64,000 bases of DNA from Eledone cirrhosa (taxonomy: Eukaryota): contig OZ024742.1 in NCBI GenBank assembly GCA_964016885.1, positions 222,890,001 to 222,954,000 of the forward strand, given 5' to 3'. This document shows, piece after piece, positions 27,001-40,200 of the stretch; within the stretch, counting starts at the first letter, position 1; each line of letters starts with the position of its first letter. The position numbers and the translations under genes were made by a program. The notes beneath the pieces were generated by a model, which had not been told where the DNA came from, searched no databases, and worked only from the letters and a program-made list of their open reading frames with translations.

Positions 27001-27350
27001 GAAGCTGTATGGTAGACATGGATGTACAGAATCTCTTCTTCTGCCCGGTAGCTATAGTGAAAGAAGCTGTATGGTAGACATGGATGTACAGAAACTCTTC
27101 CTCTGTCTGGTAGCTATAGTGAAAGAAGCTGTATGGTAGACATGGACGTACAGAAACTCTTCCTCTGCCTGGTAGCTATAGTGAAGGAAGCTGTATGGTA
27201 GACATGGATGTACAGAAACTCTTCCTCTGCCTGGTAGCTATAGTGAAAGAAGCTGTATGGTAGACATGGATGTACAGAAACTCTTCCTCTGCCTGGTAGC
27301 TATAGTGAAAGAAGCTGTATGGTAGACATGGACGTACAGAAACTCTTCCT
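1..27350. repeat. Array domain A: irregularly ordered variants, rich in CTTCCTCTG, CTTCTGCTG and AAGCTTTA monomers
   Basis: The GCTTTA (monomer position 46 G>T) and TTCTGCTG (position 17 T>G) variants are frequent here and become rare after about 27-29 kb. The boundary is approximate. Confidence 0.75.
23232..25950. repeat. Duplicated block at offset 2270 (about 23230-23680 vs 25500-25950)
   Basis: GACAAGGATG is at 23381 and 25651, each followed by GTAGCAATAG, CCTCTTTCTGG and AAACTTTTCC variants. Near-identical ORFs lie at 23232 and 25502. Confidence 0.85.
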
Positions 27351-30300
27351 CTGTCTGGTAGCTAAAGTGAAAGAAGCTTTATGGTAGACATGGATTTACA
27401 GAAAGTCTTCTTCTGTCTGGTATATATAGTGAAAGAAGCAGTATGGTAGACATGGATGTACAGAAACTCTTCCTCTGCCCGGTAGCTATAGTGAAAGAAG
27501 CTGTATGGTAGACATTGATGTACAGAAACTCTTCTTCTGCCCGGTAGCTATAGTGAAAGAAGCTGTATGGTAGACATGGATGTACAGAAACTCTTCTTCT
27601 GCCTGGTAGCTATAGTGAAAGAAGCTGTATGGTAGACATGGATGTACAGAAACTCTTCCTCTGCCTGGTAGCTATAGTGAAAGAAGCTGTATGGTAGACA
27701 TGGATGTACAGAAACTCTTCCTCTGCCTGGTAGCTATAGTGAAATAAGCTGTATGGTAGACATAGATGTACAGAAACTCTTCTGCCTGGTAGCTATAGTG
27801 AAAGAAGCTGTATGGTAGACATGGATGTACAGAAACTCTTCCTCTGTCTGGTAGCTATAGTGAAAGAAGCTGTATGGTAGACATGGATGTACAGAAACTC
27901 TTCCTCTGTCTGGTAGCTATAGTGAAAGAAGCTGTATGGTAGACATGGATGTACAGAAACTTTTCTTCTGCCCGGTAGCTATAGTGAAAGAAGCTGTATG
28001 GTAGACATGGATGTACAGAAAGTCTTCTTCTGTCTGGTAGATATAGTGAAAGAAGCTGTATGGTAGACATGGATGTACAGAAACTCTTCTTCTGCCTGGT
28101 AGCTATAGTGAAAGAAGCTGTATGGTAGACATGGATGTACAGAAACTCTTCTTTTGCCTGGTAGCTATAGTGAAAGAAGCTGTATGGTAGACATGGATGT
28201 ACAGAAACTCTTCCTCTGCCTGGTAGCTATAGTGAAATAAGCTGTATGGTAGACATAGATGTACAGAAACTCTTCTGCCTGGTAGCTATAGTGAAAGAAG
28301 CTGTATGGTAGACATGGATGTACAGAAACTCTTCTGCCTGGTAGCTATAGTGAAAGAAGCTGTATGGTAGACATGGATGTACAGAAATTCTTCTTCTGCC
28401 TGGTAGCTATAGTGAAAGAAGCTGTATGGTAGACATGGATGTACAGAAAGTCTTCCTCTGCCTAGTAGCTATAGTGAAAGAAGCTGTATGGTAGACATGG
28501 ATTTACAGAAAGTCTTCTTCTGTCTGGTAGCTATAGTGAAAGAAGCAGTATGGTAGACATGGATGTACAGAAACTCTTCCTCTGCCCGGTAGCTATAGTG
28601 AAAGAAGCTGTGTGGTAGACATGGATGTACAGAAACTCTTCTGCCTGGTAGCTATAGTGAAAGAAGCTGTATGGTAGACATGAATGTACAGAAACTCTTC
28701 CTCTGTCTGGTAGCTAAAGTGAAAGAAGCTTTATGGTAGACATGGATGTACAGAAACTCTTCCTCTGCCTGGTAGCTATAGTGAATGAAGCTGTATGGTA
28801 GACATGGATGTACAGAAACTCTTCCTCTGCCTGGTAGCTATAGTGAAAGAAGCTGTATGGTAGACATAGATGTACAGAAACTCTTCTGCCTGGTAGCTAT
28901 AGTGAAAGAAGCTGTATGGTAGACATGGATGTACAGAAATTCTTCTTCTGCCTGGTAGCTATAGTGAAAGAAGCTGTATGGTAGACATGGATGTACAGAA
29001 ACTCTTCTGCCTGGTAGCTATAGTGAAAGAAGCTGTATGGTAGACATGGATGTACAGAAATTCTTCTTCTGCCTGGTAGCTATAGTGAAAGAAGCTGTAT
29101 GGTAGACATGGATGTACAGAAAGTCTTCCTCTGCCTAGTAGCTATAGTGAAAGAAGCTGTATGGTAGACATGGATTTACAGAAAGTCTTCTTCTGTCTGG
29201 TAGCTATAGTGAAAGAAGCAGTATGGTAGACATGGATGTACAGAAACTCTTCCTCTGCCCGGTAGCTATAGTGAAAGAAGCTGTGTGGTAGACATGGATG
29301 TACAGAAACTCTTCTGCCTGGTAGCTATAGTGAAAGAAGCTGTATGGTAGACATGAATGTACAGAAACTCTTCCTCTGTCTGGTAGCTAAAGTGAAAGAA
29401 GCTTTATGGTAGACATGGATTTACAGAAAGTCTTCTTCTGTCTGGTAGATATAGTGAAAGAAGCAGTATGGTAGACATGGATGTACAGAAACTCTTCCTC
29501 TGCCCGGTAGCTATAGTGAAAGAAGCTGTGTGGTAGACATGGATGTACAGAAACTCTTCTGCCTGGTAGCTATAGTGAAAGAAGCTGTATGGTAGACATG
29601 AATGTACAGAAACTCTTCTTCTGCCTGGCAGCTATAGTGAAAGAAGCTGTATGGTAGACATGGATGTACAGAAACTCTTCTTCTGCCTGGTAGCTATAGT
29701 GAAAGAAGCTGTATGGTAGACATGGATGTACAGAAACTCTTCTTCTGCCTGGTAGCTATAGTGAAAGAAGCTGTATGGTAGACATGGATGTACAGAAACT
29801 CTTCTTCTGTCTGGTAGCTATAGTGAAAGAAGCTGTATGGTAGACATGGATGTACAGAAAGTCTTCCTCTCCCTGGTAGCTATAGTGAAAGAAGCTGTAT
29901 GGTAGACATGGATGTACAGAAAGTCTTCCTCTCCCTGGTAGCTATAGTGAAAGAAGCTGTATAGTAGACATGGATGTACAGAAAGTCTTCCTCTGCCTGG
30001 TAGCTATAGTGAAAGAAGCTGTATGGTAGACATGGATGTACAGAAAGTCTTCTGTCTGGTAGCTATAGTGAAAGAAGCTGTATGGTAGACATAGATGTAC
30101 AGAAAGTCTTCTTCTGCCTGGTAGCTATAGTGAAAGAAGCTGTATGGTAGACATGGATGTACAGAAACTCTTCTTCTGCCTGGTAGCTATAGTGAAAGAA
30201 GCTGTATGGTAGACATGGATGTACAGAAACTCTTCTACTGCCTGGTAGCTATAGTGAAAGAAGCTGTATGGTAGACATGGATGTACAGAAACTCTTGCTC

Positions 30301-33300
30301 TGTCTGGTAGCTATAGTGAAAGAAGCTGTATGGTAGACATGGATGTACAGAAACTCTTCCTCTGCCTAATAGCTATAGTGAAAGAAGCTGTATGGTAGAC
30401 ATGGATGTACAGAAACTCTTCCTCTGCCTGGTAGCTATAGTGAAAGAAGCTGTATGGTAGACATGGATGTACAGAAACTCTTCCTCTGCCTGGTAGCTAT
30501 AGTGAAAGAAGCTGTATGGTAGACATGGATGTACAGAAACTCTTCTGCCTGGTAGCTATAGTGAAAGAAGCTGTATGGTAGACATGAATGTACAGAAACT
30601 CTTCTTCTGCCTGGCAGCTATAGTGAAAGAAGCTGTATGGTAGACATGGATGTACAGAAACTCTTCTTCTGCCTGGTAGCTATAGTGAAAGAAGCTGTAT
30701 GGTAGACATGGATGAACAGAAACTCTTCTTCTGCCTGGTAGCTATAGTGAAAGAAGCTGTATGGTAGACATGGATGTACAGAAACTCTTCTTCTGCCTGG
30801 TAGCTATAGTGAAAGAAGCTGTATGGTAGACATGGATGTACAGAAAGTCTTCCTCTCCCTGGTAGCTATAGTGAAAGAAGCTGTATAGTAGACATGGATG
30901 TACAGAAAGTCTTCCTCTGCCTGGTAGCTATAGTGAAAGAAGCTGTATAGTAGACATGGATGTACAGAAACTCTTCTTCTGCCTGGTAGCTATAGTGAAA
31001 GAAGCTGTATGGTAGACATGGATGTACAGAAACTCTTCATTCTGTCTGGTAGCTATAGTGAAAGAAGCTGTATGGTAGACATGGATGTACAGGAACTCTT
31101 CTTCTGTCTGGTCGCTATAGTGAAAGAAGCTGTATGGTAGACATGGATGTACAGAAACTCTTCTTCTGCCTGGTAGCTATAGTGAAAGAAACTGTATGGT
31201 AGACATGGATGTACAGAAAGTCTTCTTCTGCCTGGTAGCTATAGTGAAAGAAGCTGTATGGTAGACATGGATGTACAGAAAGTCTTCTTCTGTCTGGTAG
31301 CTATAGTGAAAGAAGCTGTATGGTAGACATGGATGTACAGAAACTCTTCTACTGCCTGGTAGCTATAGTGAAAGAAGCTGTATGGTAGACATGGATGTAC
31401 AGAAAGTCTTGCTCTGTCTGGTAGCTATAGTGAAAGAAGCTGTATGGTAGACATGGATGTACAGAAACTCTTCCTCTGCCTAGTAGCTATAGTGAAAGAA
31501 GCTGTATGGTAGACATGGATGTACAGAAACTCTTCCTCTGCCTGGTAGCTATAGTGAAAGAAGCTGTATGGTAGACATGGATGTACAGAAACTCTTCCTC
31601 TGCCTGGTAGCTATAGTGAAAGAAGCTGTATGGTAGACATGGATGTACAGAAACTCTTCTTCTGCCCGGTAGCTATAGTGAAAGAAGCTGTATGGTAGAC
31701 ATGGATGTACAGAAACTCTTCTTCTGCCTGGTAGCTATAGTGAAAGAAGCTGTATGGTAGACATGGATGTACAGAAACTCTTCTTCTGTCTGGTAGCTAT
31801 AGTGAAAGAAGCTGTATGGTAGACATGGATGTACAGAAAGTCTTCCTCTCCCTGGTAGCTATAGTGAAAGAAGCTGTATAGTAGACATGGATGTACAGAA
31901 AGTCTTCCTCTGCCTGGTAGCTATAGTGAAAGAAGCTGTATAGTAGACATGGATGTACAGAAACTCTTCTTCTGCCTGGTAGCTATAGTGAAAGAAGCTG
32001 TATGGTAGACATGGATGTACAGAAACTCTTCATTCTGTCTGGTAGCTATAGTGAAAGAAGCTGTATGGTAGACATGGATGTACAGGAACTCTTCTTCTGT
32101 CTGGTCGCTATAGTGAAAGAAGCTGTATGGTAGACATGGATGTACAGAAACTCTTCTTCTGCCTGGTAGCTATAGTGAAAGAAACTGTATGGTAGACATG
32201 GATGTACAGAAAGTCTTCTTCTGCCTGGTAGCTATAGTGAAAGAAGCTGTATGGTAGACATGGATGTACAGAAAGTCTTCTTCTGTCTGGTAGCTATAGT
32301 GAAAGAAGCTGTATGGTAGACATGGATGTACAGGAACTCTTCTTCTGTCTGGTCGCTATAGTGAAAGAAGCTGTATGGTAGACATGGATGTACAGAAACT
32401 CTTCTTCTGCCTGGTAGCTATAGTGAAAGAAACTGTATGGTAGACATGGATGTACAGAAAGTCTTCTTCTGCCTGGTAGCTATAGTGAAAGAAGCTGTAT
32501 GGTAGACATGGATGTACAGAAAATCTTCTTCTGTCTGGTAGCTATAGTGAAAGAAGCTGTATGGTAGACATGGATGTACAGAAACTCTTCTACTGCCTGG
32601 TAGCTATAGTCAAAGAAGCTGTATGGTAGACATGGATGTACAGAAACTCATCCTCTGCCTGGTAGCTATAGTGAAAGAAGCTGTATGGTAGACATAGATG
32701 TACAGAAACTCTTCTGCCTGGTAGCTATAGTGAAAGAAGCTGTATGGTAGACATGGATGTACAGAAATTCTTCTTCTGCCTGGTAGCTATAGTGAAAGAA
32801 GCTGTATGGTAGACATGGATGTACAGGAACTCTTCTTCTGCCTGGTAGCTATAGTGAAAGAAGCTGTATGGTAGACTTGGATGTACAGAAACTCTTCTTC
32901 TGCCTGGTAGCTATAGTGAAAGAAGCTGTATGGTAGACATGGATGTACAGAAAGTCTTCCTCTTCTTGGTAGCTATAGTGAAAGAAGCTGTATGGTAGAC
33001 ATGGATGTACAGAAAGTCTTCCTCTGCCTGGTAGCTATAGTGAAAGAAGCTGTATGGTAGACATGGATTTACAGAAAGTCTTCTTCTGTCTGGTAGCTAT
33101 AGTGAAAGAAGTTGTATGGTAGACATGGATGTACAGAAAGTCTTCCTGTGCCTGGTAGCTATAGTGAAAGAAGCTGTATGGTAGACATGGATTTACAGAA
33201 AGTCTTCTTCTGTCTGGTAGATATAGTGAAAGAAGCAGTATGGTAGACATGGATGTACAGAAACTCTTCCTCTGCCCGGTAGCTATAGTGAAAGAAGCTG

Positions 33301-34203
33301 TGTGGTAGACATGGATGTACAGAAACTCTTCTGCCTGGTAGCTATAGTGAAAGAAGCTGTATGGTAGACATGAATGTACAGAAACTCTTCCTCTGCCTGG
33401 TAGCTATAGTGAAAGAAGCTGTATGGTAGACATGGATGTACAGAAACTCTTCTTCTGCCTGGTAGCTATAGTGAAAGAAACTGTATGGTAGACATGGATG
33501 TACAGAAACTCTTCTTCTGCCTGGTAGCTATAGTGAAAGAAGCTGTATGGTAGACATGGATGTACAGAAACTCTTCTTCTGCCCGGTAGCTATAGTGAAA
33601 GAAGCTGTATGGTAGACATAGATGTACAGAAACTCTTCTTCTGCCTGGTAGCTATAGTGAAAGAAGCTGTATGGTAGACATGGATGTACAGAAACTCTTC
33701 CTCTGCCTGGTAGCTATAGTGAAAGAAGCTGTATGGTAGACATGGATGTACAGAAACTCTTCTTCTGTCTGGTAGCTATAGTCAAAGAAGCTGTATGGTA
33801 GACATGGATGTACAGAAACTCATCCTCTGCCTGGTAGCTATAGTGAAAGAAGCTGTATGGTAGACATAGATGTACAGAAACTCTTCTGCCTGGTAGCTAT
33901 AGTGAAAGAAGCTGTATGGTAGACATGGATGTACAAAAATTCTTCTTCTGCCTGGTAGCTATAGTGAAAGAAGCTGTATGGTAGACATGGATGTACAGAA
34001 ACTCTTCTGCCTGGTAGCTATAGTGAAAGAAGCTGTATGGTAGACATGGATGTACAGAAATTCTTCTTCTGCCTGGTAGCTATAGTGAAAGAAGCTGTAT
34101 GGTAGACATGGATGTACAGAAACTCTTCTTCTGCCTGGTAGCTATAGTGAAAGAAGCTGTATGGTAGACATGGATGTACAGAAAGTCTTCCTCTGCCTGG
34201 TAG

Positions 34204-37200
34204 CTATAGTGAAAGAAGCTGTATGGTAGACATGGATTTACAGAAAGTCTTCTTCTGTCTGGTAGCTATAGTGAAAGAAGTTGTATGGTAGACATGGATG
34301 TACAGAAAGTCTTCCTCTGCCTGGTAGCTATAGTGAAAGAAGCTGTATGGTAGACATGGATTTACAGAAAGTCTTCTTCTGTCTGGTAGATATAGTGAAA
34401 GAAGCAGTATGGTAGACATGGATGTACAGAAACTCTTCCTCTGCCCGGTAGCTATAGTGAAAGAAGCTGTATGGTAGACATGGATGTACAGAAACTCTTC
34501 TTCTGCCTGGTAGCTATAGTGAAAGAAGCTGTATGGTAGACATGGATGTACAGAAACTCTTCTTCTGCCTGGTAGCTATAGTGAAAGAAGCTGTATGGTA
34601 GACATGGATGTACAGAAACTCTTTTTCTGCCTGGTAGCTATAGTGAAAGAAGCTGTATGGTAGACATGAATGTACAGAAACTCTTCTTCTGCCTGGCAGC
34701 TATAGTGAAAGAAGCTGTATGGTAGACATGGATGTACAGAAACTCTTCCTCTGCCTGGTAGCTATAGTGAAAGAAGCTGTATGGTAGACGTGGATGTACA
34801 GAAACTCTTCTTCTGTCTGGTAGCTATAGTGAAAGAAGCTGTATGGTAGACATGGATGTACAGAAAGTCTTCCTCTCCGTGGTAGCTATAGTGAAAGAAG
34901 CTGTATGGTAGACATGGATGTACAGGAACTCTTCTTCTGTCTGGTGGCTATAGTGAGAGAAGCTGTATGGTAGACATGGATGTACAGAAAGTCTTCCTCT
35001 GCCTGGTAGCTATAGTGAAAGAAGCTGTATGGTAGACATGGATGTACAGGAACTCTTCTTCTGTCTGGTGGCTATAGTGAGAGAAGCTGTATGGTAGACA
35101 TGGATGTACAGAAAGTCTTCTGTCTGGTAGCTATAGTGAAAGAAGCTGTATGGTAGACATGGATGTACAGAAACTCTTCTTCTGTCTGGTAGCTATAGTG
35201 AAAGAAGCTGTATGGTAGACATGGATGTACAGAAAGTCTTCCTCTCCCTGGTAGCTATAGTGAAAGAAGCTGTATAGTAGACATGGATGTACAGAAAGTC
35301 TTCCTCTGCCTGGTAGCTATAGTGAAATAAGCTGTATAGTAGACATGGATGTACAGAAACTCTTCTTCTGCCTGGTAGCTATAGTGAAAGAAGCTGTATG
35401 GTAGACATGGATGTACAGAAACTCTTCATTCTGTCTGGTAGCTATAGTGAAAGAAGCTGTATGGTAGACATGGATGTACAGGAACTCTTCTTCTGTCTGG
35501 TCGCTATAGTGAAAGAAGCTGTATGGTAGACATGGATGTACAGAAACTCTTCCTCTGCCCGGTAGCTATAGTGAAAGAAGCTGTATGGTAGACATGGATG
35601 TACAGAAACTCTTCTTCTGCCTGGTAGCTATAGTGAAATAAGCTGTATGGTAGACATGGATGCACAGAAACTCTTCATTCTGTCTGGTAACTATAGTGAA
35701 AGAAGCTGTATGGTAGACATGGATGTACAGAAACTCTTCTTCTGCCTGGTAGCTATAGTGAAAGAAGCTGTATGGTAGACATGGATGTACAGAAAGTCTT
35801 CCTCTGCCTGGTAGCTATAGTGAAAGAAGCTGTATGGTAGACATGGATGTACAGAAAGTCTTCCTCTGCCTGGTAGCTATAGTGAAAGAAGCTGTATGGT
35901 AGACATGGATTTACAGAAAGTCTTCTTCTGTCTGGTAGCTATAGTGAAAGAAGTTGTATGGTAGACATGGATGTACAGAAAGTCTTCCTCTGCCTGGTAG
36001 CTATAGTGAAAGAAGCTGTATGGTAGACATGGATTTACAGAAAGTCTTCTTCTGTCTGGTAGATATAGTGAAAGAAGCAGTATGGTAGACATGGATGTAC
36101 AGAAACTCTTCCTCTGCCCGGTAGCTATAGTGAAAGAAGCTGTATGGTAGACATGGATGTACAGAAACTCTTCTTCTGCCTGGTAGCTATAGTGAAAGAA
36201 GCTGTATGGTAGACATGGATGTACAGAAACTCTTCTTCTGCCTGGTAGCTATAGTGAAAGAAGCTGTATGGTAGACATGGATGTACAGAAACTCTTCTTC
36301 TGCCTGGTAGCTATAGTGAAAGAAGCTGTATGGTAGACATGGATGTACAGAAACTCTTCTTCTGCCTGGTAGCTATAGTGAAAGAAGCTGTATGGTAGAC
36401 ATGGATGTACAGAAACTCTTCTTCTGCCTGGTAGCTATAGTGAAAGAAGCTGTATGGTAGACATGGATGTACAGAAACTCTTCTGCCTGGTAGCTATAGT
36501 GAAAGAAGCTGTATGGTAGACATGGATGTACAGAAAGTCTTCCTCTGCCTGGTAGCTATAGTGAAAGAAGCAGTATGGTAGACATGGATGTACAGAAACT
36601 CTTCCTCTGCCCGGTAGCTATAGTGAAAGAAGCTGTATGGTAGACATGGATGTACAGAAACTCTTCTTCTGCCTGGTAGCTATAGTGAAATAAGCTGTAT
36701 GGTAGACATGGATGCACAGAAACTCTTCATTCTGTCTGGTAACTATAGTGAAAGAAGCTGTATGGTAGACATGGATGTACAGAAACTCTTCTTCTGCCTG
36801 GTAGCTATAGTGAAAGAAGCTGTATGGTAGACATGGATGTACAGAAAGTCTTCCTCTGCCTGGTAGCTATAGTGAAAGAAGCTGTATGGTAGACATGGAT
36901 GTACAGAAAGTCTTCCTCTGCCTGGTAGCTATAGTGAAAGAAGCTGTATGGTAGACATGGATTTACAGAAAGTCTTCTTCTGTCTGGTAGCTATAGTGAA
37001 AGAAGTTGTATGGTAGACATGGATGTACAGAAAGTCTTCCTCTGCCTGGTAGCTATAGTGAAAGAAGCTGTATGGTAGACATGGATTTACAGAAAGTCTT
37101 CTTCTGTCTGGTAGACATAGTGAAAGAAGCAGTATGGTAGACATGGATGTACAGAAACTCTTCCTCTGCCCGGTAGCTATAGTGAAAGAAGCTGTATGGT

Positions 37201-40200
37201 AGACATGGATGTACAGAAACTCTTCTTCTGCCTGGTAGCTATAGTGAAAGAAGCTGTATGGTAGACATGGATGTACAGAAACTCTTCTTCTGCCTGGTAG
37301 CTATAGTGAAAGAAGCTGTATGGTAGACATGGATGTACAGAAACTCTTCTTCTGCCTGGTAGCTATAGTGAAAGAAGCTGTATGGTAGACATGGATGTAC
37401 AGAAACTCTTCTTCTGCCTGGTAGCTATAGTGAAAGAAGCTGTATGGTAGACATGGATGTACAGAAACTCTTCTTCTGCCTGGTAGCTATAGTGAAAGAA
37501 GCTGTATGGTAGACATGGATGTACAGAAACTCTTCTTCTGCCTGGTAGCTATAGTGAAAGAAGCTGTATGGTAGACATGGATGTACAGAAAGTCTTCCTC
37601 TGCCTGGTAGCTATAGTGAAAGAAGCAGTATGGTAGACATGGATGTACAGAAACTCTTCCTCTGCCCGGTAGCTATAGTGAAAGAAGCTGTGTGGTAGAC
37701 ATGGATGTACAGAAACTCTTCTGCCTGGTAGCTATAGTGAAAGAAGCTGTATGGTAGACATGAATGTACAGAAACTCTTCCTCTGCCTGGTAGCTATAGT
37801 GAAAGAAGCTGTATGGTAGACATGGATGTACAGAAACTCTTCTTCTGCCTGGTAGCTATAGTGAAAGAAACTGTATGGTAGACATGGATGTACAGAAACT
37901 CTTCTTCTGCCTGGTAGCTATAGTGAAAGAAGCTGTATGGTAGACATGGATGTACAGAAACTCTTCTTCTGCCCGGTAGCTATAGTGAAAGAAGCTGTAT
38001 GGTAGACATAGATGTACAGAAACTCTTCTTCTGCCTGGTAGCTATAGTGAAAGAAGCTGTATGGTAGACATGGATGTACAGAAACTCTTCCTCTGCCTGG
38101 TAGCTATAGTGAAAGAAGCTGTATGGTAGACATGGATGTACAGAAACTCTTCTTCTGTCTGGTAGCTATAGTCAAAGAAGCTGTATGGTATACATGGATG
38201 TACAGAAACTCATCCTCTGCCTGGTAGCTATAGTGAAAGAAGCTGTATGGTAGACATAGATGTACAGAAACTCTTCTGCCTGGTAGCTATAGTGAAAGAA
38301 GCTGTATGGTAGACATGGATGTACAAAAATTCTTCTTCTGCCTGGTAGCTATAGTGAAAGAAGCTGTATGGTAGACATGGATGTACAGAAACTCTTCTGC
38401 CTGGTAGCTATAGTGAAAGAAGCTGTATGGTAGACATGGATGTACAGAAATTCTTCTTCTGCCTGGTAGCTATAGTGAAAGAAGCTGTATGGTAGACATG
38501 GATGTACAGAAACTCTTCTTCTGCCTGGTAGCTATAGTGAAAGAAGCTGTATGGTAGACATGGATGTACAGAAAGTCTTCCTCTGCCTGGTAGCTATAGT
38601 GAAAGAAGCTGTATGGTAGACATGGATTTACAGAAAGTCTTCTTCTGTCTGGTAGCTATAGTGAAAGAAGTTGTATGGTAGACATGGATGTACAGAAAGT
38701 CTTCCTCTGCCTGGTAGCTATAGTGAAAGAAGCTGTATGGTAGACATGGATTTACAGAAAGTCTTCTTCTGTCTGGTAGATATAGTGAAAGAAGCAGTAT
38801 GGTAGACATGGATGTACAGAAACTCTTCCTCTGCCCGGTAGCTATAGTGAAAGAAGCTGTATGGTAGACATGGATGTACAGAAACTCTTCTTCTGCCTGG
38901 TAGCTATAGTGAAAGAAGCTGTATGGTAGACATGGATGTACAGAAACTCTTCTTCTGCCTGGTAGCTATAGTGAAAGAAGCTGTATGGTAGACATGGATG
39001 TACAGAAACTCTTTTTCTGCCTGGTAGCTATAGTGAAAGAAGCTGTATGGTAGACATGAATGTACAGAAACTCTTCTTCTGCCTGGCAGCTATAGTGAAA
39101 GAAGCTGTATGGTAGACATGGATGTACAGAAACTCTTCCTCTGCCTGGTAGCTATAGTGAAAGAAGCTGTATGGTAGACGTGGATGTACAGAAACTCTTC
39201 TTCTGTCTGGTAGCTATAGTGAAAGAAGCTGTATGGTAGACATGGATGTACAGAAAGTCTTCCTCTCCGTGGTAGCTATAGTGAAAGAAGCTGTATGGTA
39301 GACATGGATGTACAGAAAGTCTTCCTCTGCCTGGTAGCTATAGTGAAAGAAGCTGTATGGTAGACATGGATGTACAGGAACTCTTCTTCTGTCTGGTGGC
39401 TATAGTGAGAGAAGCTGTATGGTAGACATGGATGTACAGAAAGTCTTCTGTCTGGTAGCTATAGTGAAAGAAGCTGTATGGTAGACATGGATGTACAGAA
39501 ACTCTTCTTCTGTCTGGTAGCTATAGTGAAAGAAGCTGTATGGTAGACATGGATGTACAGAAAGTCTTCCTCTCCCTGGTAGCTATAGTGAAAGAAGCTG
39601 TATAGTAGACATGGATGTACAGAAAGTCTTCCTCTGCCTGGTAGCTATAGTGAAAGAAGCTGTATAGTAGACATGGATGTACAGAAACTCTTCTTCTGCC
39701 TGGTAGCTATAGTGAAAGAAGCTGTATGGTAGACATGGATGTACAGAAACTCTTCATTCTGTCTGGTAGCTATAGTGAAAGAAGCTGTATGGTAGACATG
39801 GATGTACAGGAACTCTTCTTCTGTCTGGTCGCTATAGTGAAAGAAGCTGTATGGTAGACATGGATGTACAGAAACTCTTCCTCTGCCCGGTAGCTATAGT
39901 GAAAGAAGCTGTATGGTAGACATGGATGTACAGAAACTCTTCTTCTGCCTGGTAGCTATAGTGAAATAAGCTGTATGGTAGACATGGATGCACAGAAACT
40001 CTTCATTCTGTCTGGTAACTATAGTGAAAGAAGCTGTATGGTAGACATGGATGTACAGAAACTCTTCTTCTGCCTGGTAGCTATAGTGAAAGAAGCTGTA
40101 TGGTAGACATGGATGTACAGAAAGTCTTCCTCTGCCTGGTAGCTATAGTGAAAGAAGCTGTATGGTAGACATGGATGTACAGAAAGTCTTCCTCTGCCTG

